DNA from: Bugula neritina
Taxonomy: Eukaryota > Animalia > Bryozoa
Length of the DNA: 64,000 bases
Assembly (NCBI GenBank): GCA_964035545.1
Contig: OZ037765.1
Coordinates: 15,500,995 to 15,564,994 of the forward strand
Direction: 5' to 3'
Shown piece after piece: positions 18,401 to 32,400 of the stretch; within the stretch, counting starts at the first letter, position 1, and every line of letters begins with the position of its first letter. The notes beneath the pieces are model-generated. The model was not told where the DNA came from. It did no database searches and saw only the letters and a list, made by a program, of their open reading frames with translations. The translations under genes and the position numbers were made by a program.

Positions 18401-18650
18401 ATATACGTTGAGATATACTGCAACATACCGAAATATGCTGTAGCATAATGAAATAGACTGCAACACACTTCAGTATACTGTATTATACAGAAATGCACTG
18501 TAACATACTGAAACATACGGCAACATATTGAAATGTACTGCAAGATACTGAAGTATACCGCAACAAACCGAAATATATGGTAACATACTGAAATAGGTTG
18601 CAAACTACTAAAATATATTGCAACATGTCGAAAAATACTGCAAATGTGCA
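15407..18650. repeat. 1,611-bp higher-order repeat, ~2 further copies
   Basis: Identical ORFs at 15792/17403, 16196/17807 and 15582/17193. Identity with the unit ends near 18651 (gtgcac becomes gtgcaa). Confidence 0.92.
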
Positions 18651-19589
18651 ACATAATGAAATATACTGCAAAGATACTGAAATATACTGCAACATACTGA
18701 AATATACTCCAACATACAGAAATATACCTATAAATATTGAAACATACTGAAATAAACTGTAGGATATTGAAATACACTGCAACACATTTGAAGATACTGC
18801 GACCTACCGAAATATATGGTAACCTACTGAAACACGTTGCAAACTACTGAAACATACTGCAACATACTGCAACATCAAGAAATATACTATAACACCCTGA
18901 ATTAAACTGCAAAATAGTGAAATATACTGCAACATACCGAAATATACTGCAAGATACTGCAACATACTAAAATACACTGGAACATATTGAAATACACTGC
19001 AACACATTGAAATAAACTCCAACTCACTGAAACATACGGCAACATACTGAAATATACTGGGACACATTGAAATATACTGCAACATACTAAAATATAAAGC
19101 AAGATACTGCAACATACTGAAATACACTGTAACATATTGAAATACACTGCAACACATTGAAATATACTGCAACACACTGAAACATACGGCAACATACTGA
19201 AATATACTGCGACACATTGGAATATACTGCAACATACTGAAATATGCTGTAGCATACTGAAATACACTGCAACACACTGAAGTATACTGTAATATACAGA
19301 AACGTACTTTAACGTACTGAAACATACTTCAACATACTGAAATGTACTGCAACCTGCTGAAATATATTGCAACGTACTGAAATATGCTGTAATATATTGA
19401 AATACACTGCAACACATTGAAGTATACTGTAATATATGGATACGTACCGTAACATGCTGAAACATACGTCAACATACTGAAATGTACTGCAACATGCTGA
19501 AATATACTGCAACATACTTAAACCTATTGCAACATACTGAAACATACTGCAACATACTGAAATATACTGCAAGATACTGCAACATACTG

Positions 19590-22500
19590 AAATACACTGT
19601 AACATACTGAAATATGCTTCAAAATACTGAAATATACCTAAAAATATTTAAACATACTGAAACACACTGTAGGATATTGAAATACACTGCAACACCTTGA
19701 AATACACTGCAACATGCCGAAATATATGGTAACCTACTGAAATATACTGCGACACATTGAAATATACTGCAACATACTGAAATATGCTGTAGCATACTGA
19801 AATACACTGCAACACACTGGAGTAAACTGTAATATATAGAAATGTACTGTAGCATACCCAAATACACTGCAATACACTGGAGTAAACTGTAAAATACAGA
19901 AATGTACTGTAACATACTGAAGCCTACTGCAACATACTAAAATATACTGCAACATACTGAAATATACTGCAAGATACTGCAACATACTGAAATACACTGT
20001 AACGTACTGAAAAACACTGCAACATACTGCAACATATTGACATACGCTGTAACATACTGAAATACACTGCAACACATTAAAATATACTGCAACATACTGA
20101 AACATACGACAACATACTGAAATATACGTTGAGATATACTTCAACATACCGAAATATGCTGTAGCATACTGGAATAGACTGCAACATTCTTCAGTATACT
20201 GTATTATACAGAAATGCACTGTAACATACTGAAACATACGGCAACATACTGAAATATACTGGGACACATTGAATGATACTGCAACATACTGAAATATAAA
20301 GCAAGATTCTGCAACATACTGAAATACACTGTAACATATTGAAATACACTGCAACACATTGAAATATACTGCAACACACTGAAACATACGGCAACATACT
20401 GAAATATACTGCGACACATTGAAATATACTGCAACATACTGAAATATGATGTAGCATACTGAAATACACTGCAACACACTGAAGTATACTGTAATATACA
20501 AAAATGTACTTTAACGTACTGAAACATACTTCAACATACTGAAATGTACTGCAACCTGCTGAAATATCTTGCAACGTACTGAAATACACTGTAACATAGT
20601 CAATTACACCGCAACAATCTGCAACATACTGAAATATGCTGTAACATATTGAAATACACTGCAACACATTGAAATACACTGCAACATACTGCAACAAACT
20701 GCAACATACTGAAATACACCGTATCATATTGAAATACACTGCAACACATTGAAATATACTGCAACACACTGAAACATACGGCAACATACTGAAATATACT
20801 GCGACACAATGAAATTTACTGCAAAATACTGAAATATGCTGTAGCATGCTGAAATACACTGCAACACACTGAAGCATACTGTAATATACAGAAATGTACT
20901 GTAATATACTGAAACATAGGTCAACATACTGAAATGTACTGCAACATGCTGAAATATACTGCAACATACTGAAACCTATTGCAACATACTGAAATATACT
21001 GCAACATACTGAAATATGCTGCAGGAAACTGCAACATACTGAAATACACTGTAACATACTGAAATGTACTTCAACATACTGAAATATACCTAAAATTATT
21101 GAAACATACTGAAACACACTGTAGGATATGGAAATACACTGCAACACTTTGGAATATACTGCAACATACTGAAATACACTGTAACATACTGAAACATACT
21201 GCAACACATTGAAATATACTGCAACATACTGAAATATGCTGTAGAATACTGAAATACACTGCAACACACTTGAGTAAACTGTAATATACAGAAATGTACT
21301 GTAGCATACTGCAACACACTGCAACACACTGGAGTAAACTGTAAAATACAGAAATGTACTGTAACATACTGAAACATAAGTCAACATACTTAAATGTACT
21401 GCAACATGCTGTATTACACTGCAACATACTATAACATACTGAAATACGCTGTAACATTTTGAAATACACTGCAAGACATTGAAATATACTGCAACATACC
21501 CAAATATATGGTAACCTACCAAAATATGTTGCAAACCACTGAAACATGCTGCAACATACTGCAACAAAGTTTAATATACTGTAACACACTGAATTATACT
21601 GCAAGAAACTGAAATATACTGTAACACATTGAAAACCACTGCAACATACTGAAATATGCTGTACCACACTGAAATACACTGCAACTGACTGAAGTATAGT
21701 GTTATATACAGAAATGTACTGTAACATCCTGAACTAAACTGTAACACACTGAAATATACTGCAACATACTGAAATACACTGCAACACATTGAAATACACT
21801 GCAACACATTGAAATATACTGCAACATACGAAAATATATGGTAAACTATTGAAATATACTGTAACACATTGAAACATACCGCAATATACTGAAATACACT
21901 GCAACACACTGAAGCATACTGTAATAAACAGAAATGTACTGTAAAATACTAAAACATACGACAAACTACTGAAATATACTGCTACATACTGAAATACACT
22001 GCAACATACTGCAACATACTCACATACACTGGAACATATTAAAGTACACTGCAACACATTGAAATATAGTGCAATATACTGAAATATATGGTAAACTATT
22101 GAAATACACTGCAACACATTGAAATACACTGCAACATACTGCAACATACTGAAATACACTGTATCATATTGAAATACACTGCAACACATTGAAATATACA
22201 GCAACACACTGAAACATACGGCAACATACTGAAATATACTGCAACACATTGAAATATACTGCAAAATACTGAAATATGCTGTAGCATGCTGAAATACACT
22301 GCAACACACTGAAGTATACTGTAATATACAGAAATGTACTGTAACATACTGAAACCTATTGCAACATACTGAAATATACTGCAACATACTGAAATATGAT
22401 GCAAGAAACTGCAACATACTGAAATACACTATAACATACTGAAATATACTTCAGCATACTGAAATATACCTAAAAATATTTAAACATACTGAAACACACT

Positions 22501-25500
22501 GCAGGACATTGAAATACACTGCAACACTTTGAAATATGCTGCAACAAACCGAAATATATGGTAACCTACTGAAATATACTGCGACACATGGAAATATACT
22601 GGAGCATACTGAAATATGCTGTAGCATACTGAAAGACACTGCAACACACTGGAGTAAGCTGTAATATACAGAGACGTATTGTAGCATACTCGAACACACT
22701 GCAACACACTGGAGTAAACTGTAAAATACAGAAATGTACTGAAACACACCGAAACATACGTCAACATACTAAAATGTACTGCAACATGCTGAAATTTACT
22801 GCAACATACTGAATTACACTGCAACATATTGAAATACACTGCAACGTACTGCAACATAATGAAATATACTATAACACACTGAATTAAACTGCAAAATACT
22901 GAAATATACTGTAACATACTGAAACCTACTGCAACATACTAAAATATACTGCAACATACTGAAATATACTGCAAGATACTGCAACACACTGAAATACACT
23001 GTAACATACTGAAAGACAATGCAACATACTGCAACATACTGACATACACTGGAACATATTGAAATACACTGCAACATATTGAAATATACTGCAACACACT
23101 GAAACATACGGCAACATACTGAAATGTACTGCGACACATTGAAACATACTGCAACATACTGAAACCTATTGCAACATACTGAAGTATACTGCCACATACT
23201 GAAATATACTGCAAGATACTGCAACATACTGAAATACACTGTAACATACTGAAATATGCTTCAAAATACTGAAATATACCTAAAAATATTTAAACATACT
23301 GAAACACACTGTAGAATATTGAAATACACTGCAACACCTTGAAATACACTGCAACATGCCGAAATATATGGTAGCCTATTGAAATACACTGCAACACATT
23401 GAAATATACTGCAACACACTGAAACATACGGCAACATACTGAAATATACTGCGACACACTGAAATATACTGCAACATAGTGAAATATGCTGTAGCATTCT
23501 GAAATACACTGCAACACACTGAAGTATACTGTAACACAGGATAGTTAAAGGCAACCTTTTAGCTGCAACTGCCTTGCTGAGGTTTGCATTGTAATCATAT
23601 AAGAATTCAGTACCAGTAAAATAAAATCTCACCTAATTGTGCTAGAGTCAAAATTTAAAAACTATGTTGTAGATCTTCTTTTTCTCCAGGGTAAATTTTT
23701 TGGAAATTTCAATTTTCAGTTTTTTTGCGAAGTTACAGACAAAAAACTGCTGAATTTTGGCCAATTTTGCCTGAAAAGCTGACTTTTCAGTACCAGTAAA
23801 ATATCTCAGCAGCAAAGCATGATATCGGAATAAAAATTGCACTGCTGGAATCCTGAGATATTTCTCCAGTGTAAGTTTTTTTCTTTTTTCAATAACTCTG
23901 CTAGATTGCTCATAAATTGGTGATTTATACACTGAAAATGCCATATTTTCTCATAAGAAACTAGCAGCGCGCAGCACTTCACGCTTCACTGAGCACGTAG
24001 GGATGAGAAGATATTGGCGCCTACATAATAATTACAGGCTAGCTAGCTGGCAGGCTATAATGAATAGCTCGCTTTGTACTTTGTTTATGTAGCACCCATA
24101 ATGGAATGTTGATAGATAACGCAGCCCTAACGAAGGTTGCTGCTTATTGGTTGTAGTTTAATCTTAGGCTAAACAATTACAAGTAGGCAACACGCATGCC
24201 ACCCGCAGAGCAATATTATTCAAGAACCTGAACTACATTTTGAGAGAAATTTATGATATTCTTAGTGAGGATGCCCTTAACTATCCTGTGAATATACAGA
24301 AATGTAGTTTGACGTACTGAAACATACTTCAACATACTGAAATGTACAGCAACCTGCTGAAATATATTGCAACGTACTGAAATACACTGTAACATAGTCA
24401 ATTACACCGCAACAATCTGCAACATACTGAAATATGCTGTAACATATTGAAATACACTGCAACACATTGAAATAGACTGCAACATACTGCAACAAACTGC
24501 TACATACTGAAATACACCGTATCATATTGAAATACACTGCAACACATTGAAATATCCTGCAACACACTGAAACATACGGCAACATACTGAAATATACTGC
24601 GACACATTGAAATATACTGCAAAATACTGAAATATGCTGTAGCATGCTGAAATACACTGCAACACACTGAAGCATACTGTAATATACAGAAATGTACTGT
24701 AACATACTGAAACATAGGTCAACATACTGAAATGTACTGCAACATGCTAAAATATACTGCAACATACTGAAACCTATTGCAACATACTGAAATATGCTGC
24801 AGGAAACTGCAACATACTGAAATACACTGTAACATACTGAAATGTACTTCAACCTACTGAAATATACCTAAAATTATTGTAACATACTGAAACACACCGT
24901 AGGATATGGAAATACACTGCAACACTTTGGAATATACTGCAACATACTGAAATACACTGTAACATACTGAAATACACTGCAACAGAATGAAATACACCTG
25001 AACATATTGAAATACACTGCAACACATTAGAATAAACTGCAACATACCTATATATACGGTAATATACTGAAGTTTACTGTAACACATTGAAAAACACTGC
25101 AACTTACTGAAATGTACTGTAGCATACTGAATTACGCTGCAACTAACTGAAGTATAGTGTTATTTACGGAAATGTACTGTAACATACTGAAATATACTGT
25201 AACACACTAAAATAAACTGCAAAATACTAAAATATACTGTAACATACTGAAATATACTGCAACATACTGAAATACACTGCAAGATACTGCAACACACTGA
25301 AATACACTGTAACATACTGAAATACACCGCAACATACTGCAACATACTGACATACACTGGAGCATATTGAAGTACACCGCAACAGATTGAAATAAACTGC
25401 AACACACTGAAACATACGGCAACATTCTGAAATATCTTGCGACACATTGAAATATACTGCAGCATACTGAAATATGCTGTAGCATACTGAAATACACTGC

Positions 25501-28500
25501 AACACACTGAAGTATACTGTAATATACGGAAACGTAATGTAGCATACTGAAACACACGTCAACATACTGAAATGTACTGCAACATGCTGAAATATACTGC
25601 AACATACTTAAACCTATTGTAACATACTGAAACATACTGCAACATACTGAAATATACTGCAAGATACTGCAACATACTGAAATACACTGTAACATACTGA
25701 AATATACTTCAACATACTGAAATATACCTAAAAATATTTAAACATACTGAAACACACTGCAGGATATTGAAATACACTGCAACACTTTGAAATATGCTGC
25801 AACATACCGAAATATATGGTAACCTACTGAAATATACTGCGACACATTGAAATATACTGCAACTTACTGAAATATGCTGTAGCATACTGAAACACACTGC
25901 AACACACTGGAGTAAACTGTAATATACAGAAACGTACTGTAGCATACTCAAACACACTGCAACACACTGGAGTAAACTGTAAAATACAGAAATGCACTGA
26001 AAAATACCGAAACATACTTCAACATACTAAAATGTACTGCAACATGCTGAAATTTACTGCAACACACTGAATTACACTGCAACATATTGAAATACACTGC
26101 AACGTACTGCAACATGCTGAAATGTACTGCAACATACTGAAATACACTGTAACATATTGAAATACACTGCAACACATTGAAGCATACTGCAACACACTGA
26201 AACATCTGGCAACACACTCACATATACAGCGACACATTGAAAGATACTGCAACATACTGAAATATGCTGTAGCATACTGAAATACACTGCAACACACTGA
26301 AGTATACTGTAATATACAGAAACGTACTGTAACACACTGAAACACACGTCAACATACTGAATTGTACTGCAACATACTGAGATATACTGCAACATACTGA
26401 ATTATACTGCACCGTACTGCAACATACTGAAACACGCTGTTACATATTGAAATACACTGCAACACATCAAAATATACTGCAACATACTGAAACATACAAC
26501 AACATACTGAAATATACGTTGAGATATACTGCAACATACCGAAATATGCTGTAGCATACTGAAATAGACCGCAACGCACTTCAGTATACTGTATTATACA
26601 GAAATGCACTGTAACATACTGAAACATACGGCAACATATTGAAATGTACTGCAAGATACTGAAGTATACCGCAACAAACCGAAATATATGGTAACATACT
26701 GAAATAGGTTGCAAACTACTAAAATATATTGCAACATATCGAAAAATACTGCAAATGTGCAACATAATGAAATATACTGCAAAATAGTGAAATATACGGC
26801 AACATACCGAAATATACTGCAAGATACTGCAACATACTAAAATACACTGGAACATATTGAAATACACTGTAACATACTGAAATATGCTTCAAAATACTGA
26901 AATATACCTAAAAATATTTAAACATACTGAAACACACTGTAGGATATTGAAATACACTGCAATACCTTGAAATACACTGCAACATGCCGAAATATATGGT
27001 AACCTACTGAAATATACTGCGACACATTGAAATATACTGCAACATACTGAAATATGCTGTAGCATACTGAAATACACTGCAACACACTGGAGTAAACTGT
27101 AATATACAGAAATGTACTGTAGCATACCCAAATACACTGTAACACACTGGAGTAAACTGTAAAATACAGAAATGTACTGTAACATACTGACGCCTACTGC
27201 AACATACTAAAATATACTGCAACATACTGAAATATACTGCAAGATACTGCAACATACTGAAATACACTGTAACGTACTGAAAAACACTGCAACATACTGC
27301 AACATACTGACATACGCTGTGACATATTGAAATACACTGCAACACATTAAAATATACTGCAACATACTGAAACATACGACAACATACTGAAATATACGTT
27401 GAGATATACTTCAACATACCGAAATACGCTGTAGCATACTGAAATAGACTGCAACATTCTTCAGTATACTGTATTATACAGAAATGCACTGTAACATACT
27501 GAAACATACGGCAACATACTGAAATATACTGGGACACATTGAATGATACTGCAACATACTGAAATATAAAGCAAGATTCTGCAACATACTGAAATACACT
27601 GTAACATATTGAAATACACTGCAACACATTGAAATATACTGCAACACACTGAAACATACGGCAACATACTGAAATATACTGCGACACATTGAAATATACT
27701 GCAACATACTGAAATATGATGTAGCATACTGAAATACACTGCAACACACTGAAGTATACTGAAATATACAGAAATGTACTTTAACGTACTGAAACATACT
27801 TCAACATACTGAAACGTACTGCAACCTGCTGAAATATATTGCAACGTACTGAAATACACTGTAACATAGTCAATTACACCGCAACAATCTGCAACATACT
27901 GAAATATGCTGTAACATATTGAAATACACTGCAACACATTGAAATACACTGCAACATACTGCAACAAACTGCAACATACTGAAATACACCGTATCATATT
28001 GAAATACACTGCAACACATTGAAATATACTGCAACACACTGAAACAAACGGCAACATACTGAAATATACTGCGACACATTGAAATATACTGCAAAATACT
28101 GAAATATGCTGTAGCATGCTGAAATACACTGCAACACACTGAAGCATACTGTAATATACAGAAATGTACTGTAATATACTGAAACATAGGTCAACATACT
28201 GAAATGTACTGCAACATGCTGAAATATACTGCAACATACTGAAACCTATTGCAACATACTGAAATATACTGCAACATACTGAAATATGCTGCAGGAAACT
28301 GCAACATACTGAAATACACTGTAACATACTGAAATGTATTTCAACATACTGAAGTATACCTAAAATTATTGAACCATACTGAAACACACAGTAGGATATG
28401 GAAATACACTGCAACACTTTGGAATATACTGCAACATACTGAAATACACTGTAACATACTGAAACATACTGCAACACATTGAAATATACTGCAACATACT

Positions 28501-29420
28501 GAAATATGCTGTAGAATACTGAAATACACTGCAACACACTTGAGTAAACTGTAATATACAGAAATGTACTGTAGCATACTGCAACACACTGCAACACACT
28601 GGAGTAAACTGTGAAATACAGAAATGTTCTGTAACATACTGAAACATACGTCAACATACTGAAATGTACTGCAACATGCTGTATTACACTGCAACATACT
28701 ACAACATACTGAAATACGCTGTAACATTTTGAAATACCCACAAGACATTGAAATATACTGCAACATACCGAAATATATCGTAACCTACCAAAATATGTTG
28801 CAAACCACTGAAACATACTGCAACATACTGCAACAAAGTTTAATATACTGTAACACACTGAATTATACTGCAAGAAACTGAAATATACTGTAACACATTG
28901 AAAACCACTGCAACATACTGAAATATGCTGTACCACACTGAAATACACTGCAACTGACTGAAGTATAGTGTTATATACAGAAATGTACTGTAACATCCTG
29001 AAATAAACTGTAACACACTGAAATATACTGCAACATACTGAAATACACTGCAACACATTGAAATACACTGCAACACATTGAAATATACTGCAACATACTA
29101 AAATATATGGTAAACTATTGAAATATACTGTAACACATTGAAACTTACCGCAATATACTGAAATACACTGCAACAAACTGAAGCATACTGTAATAAACAG
29201 AAATGTACTGTAAAATACTAAAACATACGACAAACTACTGAAATATAATGCTACATACTGAAATACACTGCAACATACTGCAACATACTCACATGCACTG
29301 GAACATATTAAAGTACACTGCAACACATTGAAATATAGTGCAACATACTGAAATATATGGTAAACTATTGAAATACACTGCAACACATTGAAATACACTG
29401 CAACATACTGCAACATACTG
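19590..29420. repeat. Older duplication: ~19590-22150 repeated at ~26860-29420 (offset 7,270)
   Basis: ORF ends 19619/26889, 20191/27461, 20600/27870 and 21071/28341 are all offset 7,270. Scattered substitutions and a 1-bp indel near 28740. Confidence 0.85.
23535..24290. mobile_element. Non-autonomous TIR DNA transposon (MITE), full-length 756-bp copy, probably CMC/EnSpm-like
   Basis: 23-bp TIRs: CACAGGATAGTTAAAGGCAACCT and AGGATGCCCTTAACTATCCTGTG (2 mismatches). The empty site is seen in a paralogous satellite block near 20481 (gaagtatactgtAAtatac), giving a 2-bp AA TSD. No transposase. The superfamily call is inferred from the CAC termini plus 2-bp TSD. Confidence 0.92.
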
Positions 29421-32400
29421 CAACATACTGAAATAAACCGTATCATATTGAAATACACTGCAAGACATTGAAATATACTGCAATATACCGAAATATATGG
29501 TAACCTACCAAAATATGTTGCAAACCACTGAAACATACTGCAACATACTGCAACAAAGTTTAATATACTGTAACACACTGAATTATACTGCAAGAAACTG
29601 AAATATACTGTAACACATTGAAAAACACCTCAACATACTGAAATATGCTGTTGCACACTGAAATACACTGCAACTGACTGAAGTATAGTGTAATATACAG
29701 AAATGTACTGTAACCTACTGAAATGAACTGTAACACACTGAAATATACTGCAACATACTAAAATACGCTGTAACATACTGAAATATACTGCAACAAACTG
29801 CAACATACTGAAATACACCGTAACATGCGGAAACACACTGCAACATACCACAACATACTCAAATACAATGTAACAGATTGAAATACACTGCAACACATTG
29901 AAATATACTGCAACATACTGAAATATATGGTAAACTATTGAAATATACGGTAACACATTGAAACATACCGCAATATACTGAAATACACTGCAACACACTG
30001 AAGCATACTGTAATATACAAAAATATACTGTAAAATACTAAAACATACGACAACCTACAGAAATATACTGCTACATACTGAAATACACTGCAACATACTG
30101 CAACATACTCACACACACTGGAACATATTGAAATACACTGCAACACATTGAAATATACTGCAACACACTGAAACATTCGGCAACATATTGAAATAAACTG
30201 CAACATACTGAAATACACCGTAACATACGGAAATACACTGCAACACATTGAAATATACTGCAACATACTGAAATATATGGTAAACTACTGAAATATGCTG
30301 TAACACATTGAAGCATACTGTAATATGCAGAAATGTACTGTAAAATACTGAAACATACGACAACCTACTAAAATATACTGCAAAATACTGAATTACACTG
30401 CAACATACTGAAATATACTTCAACATACTGAAATAGACCTAAAAATATTGAAACATACAGAAACACACTGTAGGATATTGAAACACACTGCAACACTTTG
30501 GAATATACTGCAACATACCGAAATATATGGTAACCTACCGAAATGTGTTGCAAACTACTGAAATATACTGCAACATACTCCTACATAATGAAATATACTA
30601 TAACACACTAAAATAAACTGCAAAATACTGAAATATACCGTAACATACTGAAACATGCTGCAACAAACTGAAATATACTGCAACATACCGAAATATACTG
30701 CAAGATACTGCAACATACTGAAATACACTGTAACATACTGAAACACACCGCAACATACTGAAATACACTGGAATATATTGAAATACACTTCGACACATTG
30801 AAATAAACTCCAACTCACTGAAACATACGGCAACATACTGAAATATACTGGGACACATTGAAATATACTGTAACATACTGAAATATACTGCAACAAACTG
30901 CAACATACTGAAATACACCGTAACATACGGAAATACACTGCAACATACTACAAGATACTGAAATACACTGTAACAGATTGAAATACACTGCAACACATTG
31001 AAATATACTGCAACGTTCTGAAATATATGGTAAACTACTGAAATATACTGTAACACATTGAAATATACCGCAATATAATGAAATACACTGCAACACACGG
31101 AAGCAAACTGTAAGATACAGGAATGTACTGTGAAATACTGAAACATACGACATTCTACTAAAATATACTGCAACAACTGAAGTACACTGCAACATACTGA
31201 AATATACTTCAACATACTGAAATATACCTAAAAATATAGAAACATACTGAAACACACTGTAGGATATGGAAATACACTGCAACACTAGGGAATATACTGC
31301 AACATACCAAAATATATGGTAACCCACTGAAATATGTTGCAAACTACGGAAATATACTGCAACATACTGCAACATAATGAAATATACTATAACACACTGA
31401 AATAAATTGCAATATACTGAAATATACTGTAACATACTGAAATATGCTGTAGAATACTGAAATACACTGCAACACACTGGAGTAAACTGTAATATACAGA
31501 AATGTACTGTAGCATACTGAAAGACATTGCAACACACCGGAGTAAACTGTAAAATACAGAAATGTACTGTAACATACTGAAACATACGTCAACATACTGA
31601 AATGTACTGCAACATGCTGTATTACACTGCAACATACTACAACATACTGAAATACGCTGTAACATTTTGAAATACACTGCAATACATTGAAATGTACTGC
31701 AACATACCGACGTACATGGTAACCTACCAAAATATGTTGCAAACCACTGAAACATACTGCAACATACTGCAACAAAGTTTAATATACTGTAACACATTGA
31801 AAAACACTGCAACATACTGAAATAGGCTGTAGCACACTGAAATACACTGCAACTGACTGAAGTATAGTGTAATATACAGAAATGTACTGTAACATATTGA
31901 AATAAACTGTAACACACTGAAATATACTGCAACATACTGAACAACACTGTAATATACTGAAATATACTGCAACAAACTGCAACATACTGAAATACACCGT
32001 AACATGCGGAAATACACTGCAACATACTACAACATACTGAAATACACTGTAACAGATTGAAATACACTGCAACATACTAAAATATATGGTAAACTATTGA
32101 AATATACTGTAACACATTGAAACATACCGCAATATACTGAAATACACTGCAACACACTGAAGCATACTGTAATATACAGAAATGTACTGTAAAATACTAA
32201 AACCTACGACAACCTACTGAAATATACCGCTACATACTGAAATACACTGCAACATACTGCAACATACTCACATACACTGGAACATATTGAAATACACTGC
32301 AACACATTGAAATATACTGCAACATACTGAAATATATGGTAAACTGTTGAATTATACTGTAACACATTGAAACATACCGCAATATACTGAAATACACTGC

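Larger units (their letters stand above)
3010..18650. repeat. Near-identical large duplication: ~3010-10119 repeated at ~11530-18650 (offset 8,521, then 8,531)
   Basis: ORF pairs 3318/11839, 3806/12327, 5012/13533 and 6233/14754 are offset 8,521. Pairs 7261/15792 and 8662/17193 are offset 8,531. I saw only a few SNPs and one 10-bp indel. Confidence 0.92.

Noticed and set aside
23535-23557. CACAG terminus as a RAG RSS or Transib end
   Set aside because: CACAGGA is not the CACAGTG heptamer, no nonamer is evident, and the TSD is 2 bp rather than 5 bp.
23648-23944. 98-aa ORF in the MITE (and 36629-36829) as a transposase
   Set aside because: Short, no catalytic motif, AT-rich, and start and length are not conserved between copies.
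27461-29593. 710-aa ORF and the hundreds of other Cys/Tyr/Val-rich ORFs as real genes
   Set aside because: They overlap in all three frames, follow directly from the stop-free 20-mer, show no codon-position pattern or domain, and flip strand with the satellite.
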